This document shows positions 59,882-64,000 of a DNA stretch of 64,000 bases, piece by piece. Position numbers and translations under genes: made by a program. This DNA is from an uncultured Collinsella sp. (GTDB lineage: Bacteria; Actinomycetota; Coriobacteriia; Coriobacteriales; Coriobacteriaceae). Under the pieces are notes generated by a model that saw nothing but the letters and a program-made list of their open reading frames with translations, ran no database searches and had not been told where the DNA came from. The first letter of the stretch is position 1. The number at the start of each line of letters is the position of its first letter. The DNA lies in assembly GCA_900549345.1 (NCBI GenBank), contig UROC01000001.1:20432-84431 (forward strand), in the 5' to 3' direction.

Positions 59882-60346
59882 TTAAAAGTGGCGGCGGATG
59901 GCTTCGACCATGCCTTGGGGCGTGGTCTGGCCGAGCACATCGGCCGCGGTGTCCGCGTCCATAAAGATATTCATAAGCGCTTGCAGAGCCTCGACCTGGC
60001 CGCCCGGCTCGGCAATGCCCAAGTTGATGACGATCTGCGCCGGCACAGGGGCACCCATGCCCGCCATAGCATTGAATGTCACGGGCGTGGCCGGCTTCAC
60101 CACCGCGATGTAGGGCTTAGCCACAAACCCCGGATCGGTATGCGGGATGGCAATGTTGGCCGCCGGCATGGCAAGCCCTGTGGGATAGGCATCCTCGCGC
60201 GTGCGGACGGCGTCGAGCCAACCGGTGCCAATGTAGCCGCGTGGAGCAAGTTCGCCTTCGAGTCGCGCAAACACCTCATCAGGCGTCGCACACTCCCAAT
60301 CAAAAAACACCAGCTCAGGCGTAAACAGCGCTTCGTTATCCGCCAT
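59882..60346 (-). CDS. PTS EIIA component (GatA-like), stand-alone
   Basis: REDAYPTGL...IAIPHTD phospho-His motif. Confidence 0.85.
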   Translation of the reverse strand: MADNEALFTPELVFFDWECATPDEVFARLEGELAPRGYIGTGWLDAVRTREDAYPTGLAMPAANIAIPHTDPGFVAKPYIAVVKPATPVTFNAMAGMGAPVPAQIVINLGIAEPGGQVEALQALMNIFMDADTAADVLGQTTPQGMVEAIRRHF

Positions 60347-60411
60347 ATCGTCCTCCAAAGTTGCATGAGGGCCACAATGCTCAATATGATAGCGAAACGG
60401 AGTATGCAAGG

Positions 60412-60879
60412 TTAGCCGAGGATCCCGATGAGCTCGAGTGCGCGCGCGGGCGTCAAGCATACCTCGGGCATCGCCTCCAACATGCGTCGGTCGCTCGTGA
60501 TTACGTAGTCGACATCCGCCGTATCGCCCGATGCAATGATGAGATTGTCCTCAAGGTCCGGCATACGCTTGCCAAGCATACGCGCCATCTCGCATTCCGC
60601 CAACGAAAGCGGAGAAGCCGTTGCCACCTGCATCATATGCTCGATACAGGCCCATGCAGCCGGACCGAACGGAGCGTTAACCCCATTCACATTCCGCTGA
60701 GCTAGACGCCGCGGCACAATGTAGAACAGGTCCTTTGCCGTCGTTGGCGCGTACAGAAGGTCAATCTTTCCCGCCTCGGCCAACTCAATCAATCTTTTCG
60801 CCTCGTCGAACGCTCCCTCTTGCAGGTAATAATCGAGCCAAACGTTTGTGTCTACCAAGAGTCGTTTTGCCGCAATCAT
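60412..60879 (-). CDS. PIN-domain (VapC-like) toxin
   Basis: LLVDTNVWLD, DLEDNLII, YVITSDR; ATGA overlap with the upstream antitoxin. Confidence 0.85.
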   Translation of the reverse strand: MIAAKRLLVDTNVWLDYYLQEGAFDEAKRLIELAEAGKIDLLYAPTTAKDLFYIVPRRLAQRNVNGVNAPFGPAAWACIEHMMQVATASPLSLAECEMARMLGKRMPDLEDNLIIASGDTADVDYVITSDRRMLEAMPEVCLTPARALELIGILG

Positions 60880-61220
60880 CGGCAATTCGCCTCTATGCCA
60901 GCGATCATCGCATCGTACATGTCGTCGCGTACGGCACCCCAGTTGTCTGCCGATGATTCAGCTGGCGCAAAATCCGCCGCGCTCAACCCCAATGAGAAAA
61001 AAGCCAGCCCGCATCCCTGCTCGGCCAGACTCTCCGCACGGGGTGCCTCGCACCTATCCTCCACCATAAATCCTGGCAACGTCTGATGCTCGACAAGGTA
61101 GGTCCAAAGCGCACGAATAGCGTCACTCGGCCCCAGCCCATTGCGAGTCAGGACCGCATCGCCGCCAGCCTTGAGCATAGGGTCGATTCGCGTGTTGAGC
61201 TGCACTGTTGCTGTTGCCAT
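60876..61220 (-). CDS. RelB/DinJ-like ribbon-helix-helix antitoxin
   Basis: VQLNTRIDPMLK...VL...GL.PSDAIR.L.......LP. Confidence 0.75.
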   Translation of the reverse strand: MATATVQLNTRIDPMLKAGGDAVLTRNGLGPSDAIRALWTYLVEHQTLPGFMVEDRCEAPRAESLAEQGCGLAFFSLGLSAADFAPAESSADNWGAVRDDMYDAMIAGIEANCR

Positions 61221-61364
61221 GGCGACTCCTCTCTGCTTGCTAGCAGTATAGCAAACTTGAGAGGCCACACAAAAAGAGCCCCGCCCGCGTACGGACGGAG
61301 CCCTATCAACTTTTTTCGATCGCTTGCGTCCCAAAGAGCGCTCAGCGAACTCTCTTACACGCGA

Positions 61365-62063
61365 CTAGCGTGCCGCATCAATTGCCACTTTGCCGCTCTC
61401 CAGCACGTGGACGCGGCCGTCGGCGAGCATCTGCACGACCTCGGGATACAGTACGTGCTCAATCGCGTGGATGTGTTCCTCGAGCGTGTCGACATCCCAG
61501 CCCTCCTCGACAGCCAGCGCGCGCTGGGCGATGATGGGGCCGTTGTCGTAGACCTCGTTGGCAAAGTGCACGGTCACGCCGGTCACCTTGACGCCGCGCG
61601 CAAAGGCATCGTCGATCGCATGCGCGCCGGTAAAGCTCGGCAGCAGCGCCGGATGCAGGTTCACCACGCGGTTGGGAAACGCCGCCAGCAGCGGCGTGTG
61701 CACCATGCGCATGTAGCCGGCCATGACCACATACTCGCAGCCGCGCTCGAGCAGCTCGTGCGCGATGATCTCGTCGGCGGCGATGGGGTCGGCATAGACA
61801 TCCTTGGACAGCGTCAGCGTCTGGATACCCGCACGCTCGGCACGCTGCAACCCCTTGGCCGAAGGACGGCTCGACACCACCAGCTCAATCGAAGCATTGA
61901 GCTTGCCGGCAGCGATCAGGTCAATCAGCGCCTGCAGGTTGGTGCCAGAGCCGCTGATGAGCACGCCGATCTTGAGCGGCTCGGCCGTATCGGTGCCGGT
62001 CGGACGGGTGTAGGGCACAAAGCCCAGGCCCTCGGCAGCAGCCATCTGCTCGCTAGCGCTCAT
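61365..62063 (-). CDS. purN: Phosphoribosylglycinamide formyltransferase
   Basis: LISGSGTNLQAL, MAGYMR, NLHPALLPSF.G, TGVTVHF, DNGPII. Confidence 0.95.
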   Translation of the reverse strand: MSASEQMAAAEGLGFVPYTRPTGTDTAEPLKIGVLISGSGTNLQALIDLIAAGKLNASIELVVSSRPSAKGLQRAERAGIQTLTLSKDVYADPIAADEIIAHELLERGCEYVVMAGYMRMVHTPLLAAFPNRVVNLHPALLPSFTGAHAIDDAFARGVKVTGVTVHFANEVYDNGPIIAQRALAVEEGWDVDTLEEHIHAIEHVLYPEVVQMLADGRVHVLESGKVAIDAAR

Positions 62064-63156
62064 CGGAGTACACGACCTTACCGGAACCCTCGACGCACTC
62101 GCCCACGCGGAACGGCTTCTCGCCCAGCGCGACCAGGGCCTCGGTCACGGTAGCCTCGTCCTCGGGGGCAACGATCAGGCACAGGCCGACGCCCATGTTG
62201 AAGGTCTTGCATGCCTCGTTGGGCGCGAGCTCGGCCTGACGCGACACGTAGGTGATGACGGGCGGAATATCCCAGCCCATCTCGGCACCGTTGCGGGTGA
62301 CCACGGCATCGACATCGTCGGCGAGCGCGCGGTTGAGGTTCTCGGTAATGCCGCCACCGGTGATGTGAGCAATGGCGTGCACGTTGACGTCGCCACGCAG
62401 CAGCTCCAGAATCGGCTTCACATAGATGCGCGTGGGAGCCAGCAGAGCGTCGGCCAGCGAAGCACCGCCGAGCTCCTCGAGCGGACGGCTCAGCTCCTCG
62501 GCCTTAGCGGCGGCCTCGGGCGTGCCCGGTTTGATGCCGTCGACGCCGATGACCTTGCGCACGAGCGAGTAGCCGTTGGAGTGCACGCCGGTGGAAGGCA
62601 GACCCAGGATCACATCGCCGGGGCGAACGTTCGCGGGGTCGAGCATCTTGGGACGGTCGACGACGCCCACGGTAAAGCCGGCGAGGTCGTAGTCGGCGGG
62701 AGCCATGACGCCGGGGTGCTCGGCCATCTCGCCGCCCACGAGCGCGCAGCCCGCGAGCTTGCAGCCATCGGCCACGCCCTTGATGATCTTTGCCATGTGC
62801 TCGGCCTCGATGTGACCGATGGCAACGTAGTCCAGGAAGAACAGCGGCTCGGCGCCCGAAGCCAAAATGTCGTTGACGCACATAGCGACCAGGTCCTGGC
62901 CCACTGTCTCGTGACGGTCCATGATCTGGGCGAGCACGAGCTTGGTGCCCACGCCGTCGGTACCGCTGATCAGGATCGGGTCTTCCATATCCTTAAGCGC
63001 GGCAGCCGAGAACAGGCCACCGAAGCCGCCGATGCCGCCGATAACTTCGGGACGATTGGTGTCCTTGACCATCTGCTTAATCGCGTCGACGGCGCGACCG
63101 CCCTCGGCGGTATCGACGCCGGCGTCCTCGTACGTCACATGCTTGCTGTCGCTCAT
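62053..63156 (-). CDS. purM: AIR synthase
   Basis: YEDAGVD, TDGVGTK, GGEMAEHP, HSNGYSL, HITGGG, TFNMGVG. Confidence 0.97.
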   Translation of the reverse strand: MSDSKHVTYEDAGVDTAEGGRAVDAIKQMVKDTNRPEVIGGIGGFGGLFSAAALKDMEDPILISGTDGVGTKLVLAQIMDRHETVGQDLVAMCVNDILASGAEPLFFLDYVAIGHIEAEHMAKIIKGVADGCKLAGCALVGGEMAEHPGVMAPADYDLAGFTVGVVDRPKMLDPANVRPGDVILGLPSTGVHSNGYSLVRKVIGVDGIKPGTPEAAAKAEELSRPLEELGGASLADALLAPTRIYVKPILELLRGDVNVHAIAHITGGGITENLNRALADDVDAVVTRNGAEMGWDIPPVITYVSRQAELAPNEACKTFNMGVGLCLIVAPEDEATVTEALVALGEKPFRVGECVEGSGKVVYSDER

Positions 63157-63313
63157 CTGAGCCTTCCTCTCCCACTACCGTGGCGCCGCGCGGGCGACAA
63201 ACGGTGCTCATAATTGCGTTCATTTCGGCGTGTGCCATAACAGCACCCGCCGTCATATCAACAAAACAGCAGGTAAAACCTACCAAAATATACCTGTCCC
63301 CATATGGCAGGTT

Positions 63314-64000
63314 TTAGGCCTCGCCGTGCTCCTCTTCCCAGCTGCGGTCGTCGTATTTCTCGACCACGGCGTCGTCGTCAAAGTACAGCGGCTTGTCCAG
63401 GTTGCGGGGCTTAAAGCCCTCCATAAACTTGTCGCGGCCAAAGCTCTCGGGAATCGCCACGGGATAGCGGCCGGTAAAGCACGCGTCGCAGTAGCCGCCC
63501 TTGGGCATGACCTTAAGCAGGCCCTCGACCGAAAGGAAGGCCAGCGAATCGGCGCCGATATACTCGCAAATCTCGTCGACCGTCTTGTTGGCGCTGATAA
63601 GCTGCGACTGCACGTCGGTATCGATACCGTAGAAGCACGGCCAAATGACCTCGGGCGAGTTGATGCGGATGTGAATCTCCTTGGCGCCGGCGTTGCGCAG
63701 CATCTTGACGAGCTGCACCATGGTGGTGCCGCGCACGATGGAGTCGTCGATGACGACCAGGCGCTTGCCCTCGATATTGTCGCGCAGCGGGTTGAGTTTC
63801 ATGCGCACGCCCATGGCGCGCAGCTCCTGCGTGGGCTCGATAAACGTACGGCCCACGTAGCGGTTCTTGATGAGGCCCTCGCCAAAGGGAATACCGCTCT
63901 CGTGCGAATACCCCTCCGCGGGCGGCAGGCCGGAGTCGGGCACGCCGATGACCAGGTCGGCCTCGACGGGCTCCTCGTGTGCCAGCTGACGACCCATGTC
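63314..64000 (-). CDS. purF: Amidophosphoribosyltransferase (5' part lies outside the window)
   Basis: GVPDSG, KNRYVGRTFI, VIDDSIVRGTT, PCFYGID, C.ACFTG.YP. Confidence 0.96.
   Translation of the reverse strand, partial: DMGRQLAHEEPVEADLVIGVPDSGLPPAEGYSHESGIPFGEGLIKNRYVGRTFIEPTQELRAMGVRMKLNPLRDNIEGKRLVVIDDSIVRGTTMVQLVKMLRNAGAKEIHIRINSPEVIWPCFYGIDTDVQSQLISANKTVDEICEYIGADSLAFLSVEGLLKVMPKGGYCDACFTGRYPVAIPESFGRDKFMEGFKPRNLDKPLYFDDDAVVEKYDDRSWEEEHGEA

Noticed and set aside
63160..63310. Purine or ZTP riboswitch between purF and purM
   Set aside because: No recognisable consensus by eye and part of the region is a REP-like hairpin; an Infernal/Rfam scan would settle it

Overview
High-GC window whose gene content and intergenic repeats suggest a Coriobacteriia gut bacterium (Collinsella-like; inferred, not tested). 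The backbone carries an ABC exporter with a two-component system, an Ech-type group 4 [NiFe]-hydrogenase operon (EchA and EchB fused), tRNA-fMet, coaX, a DHPS-HPPK fusion, a sirtuin, xth, an ECF transporter split by an amidohydrolase/MFS islet, glmU, prs, pth, nfnAB, an amino-acid ABC importer, a PrsA-like foldase, a PIN toxin-antitoxin pair and purN/purM/purF. Four things stand out. (1) Several families of intergenic inverted-repeat elements have fixed length and co-varying arms. Two of these families sit directly on both sides of single predicted PD-(D/E)XK nuclease genes (49010-50137 and 30715-31911), a layout resembling RAYT/REP but with different enzymes. A third family forms a strictly phased 40-bp alternating-orientation array (29021-29478). 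(2) A four-gene surface-fibre-like operon has three SipW-class-like prepilins and a secreted protein of about 3,530 aa, broken by a one-base frameshift in an A-run. (3) There is a long-form bilirubin reductase candidate with the HGDR motif. (4) There are unusual fusions (EchAB, and FolP before FolK). All calls come from reading the sequence; no database searches were run.
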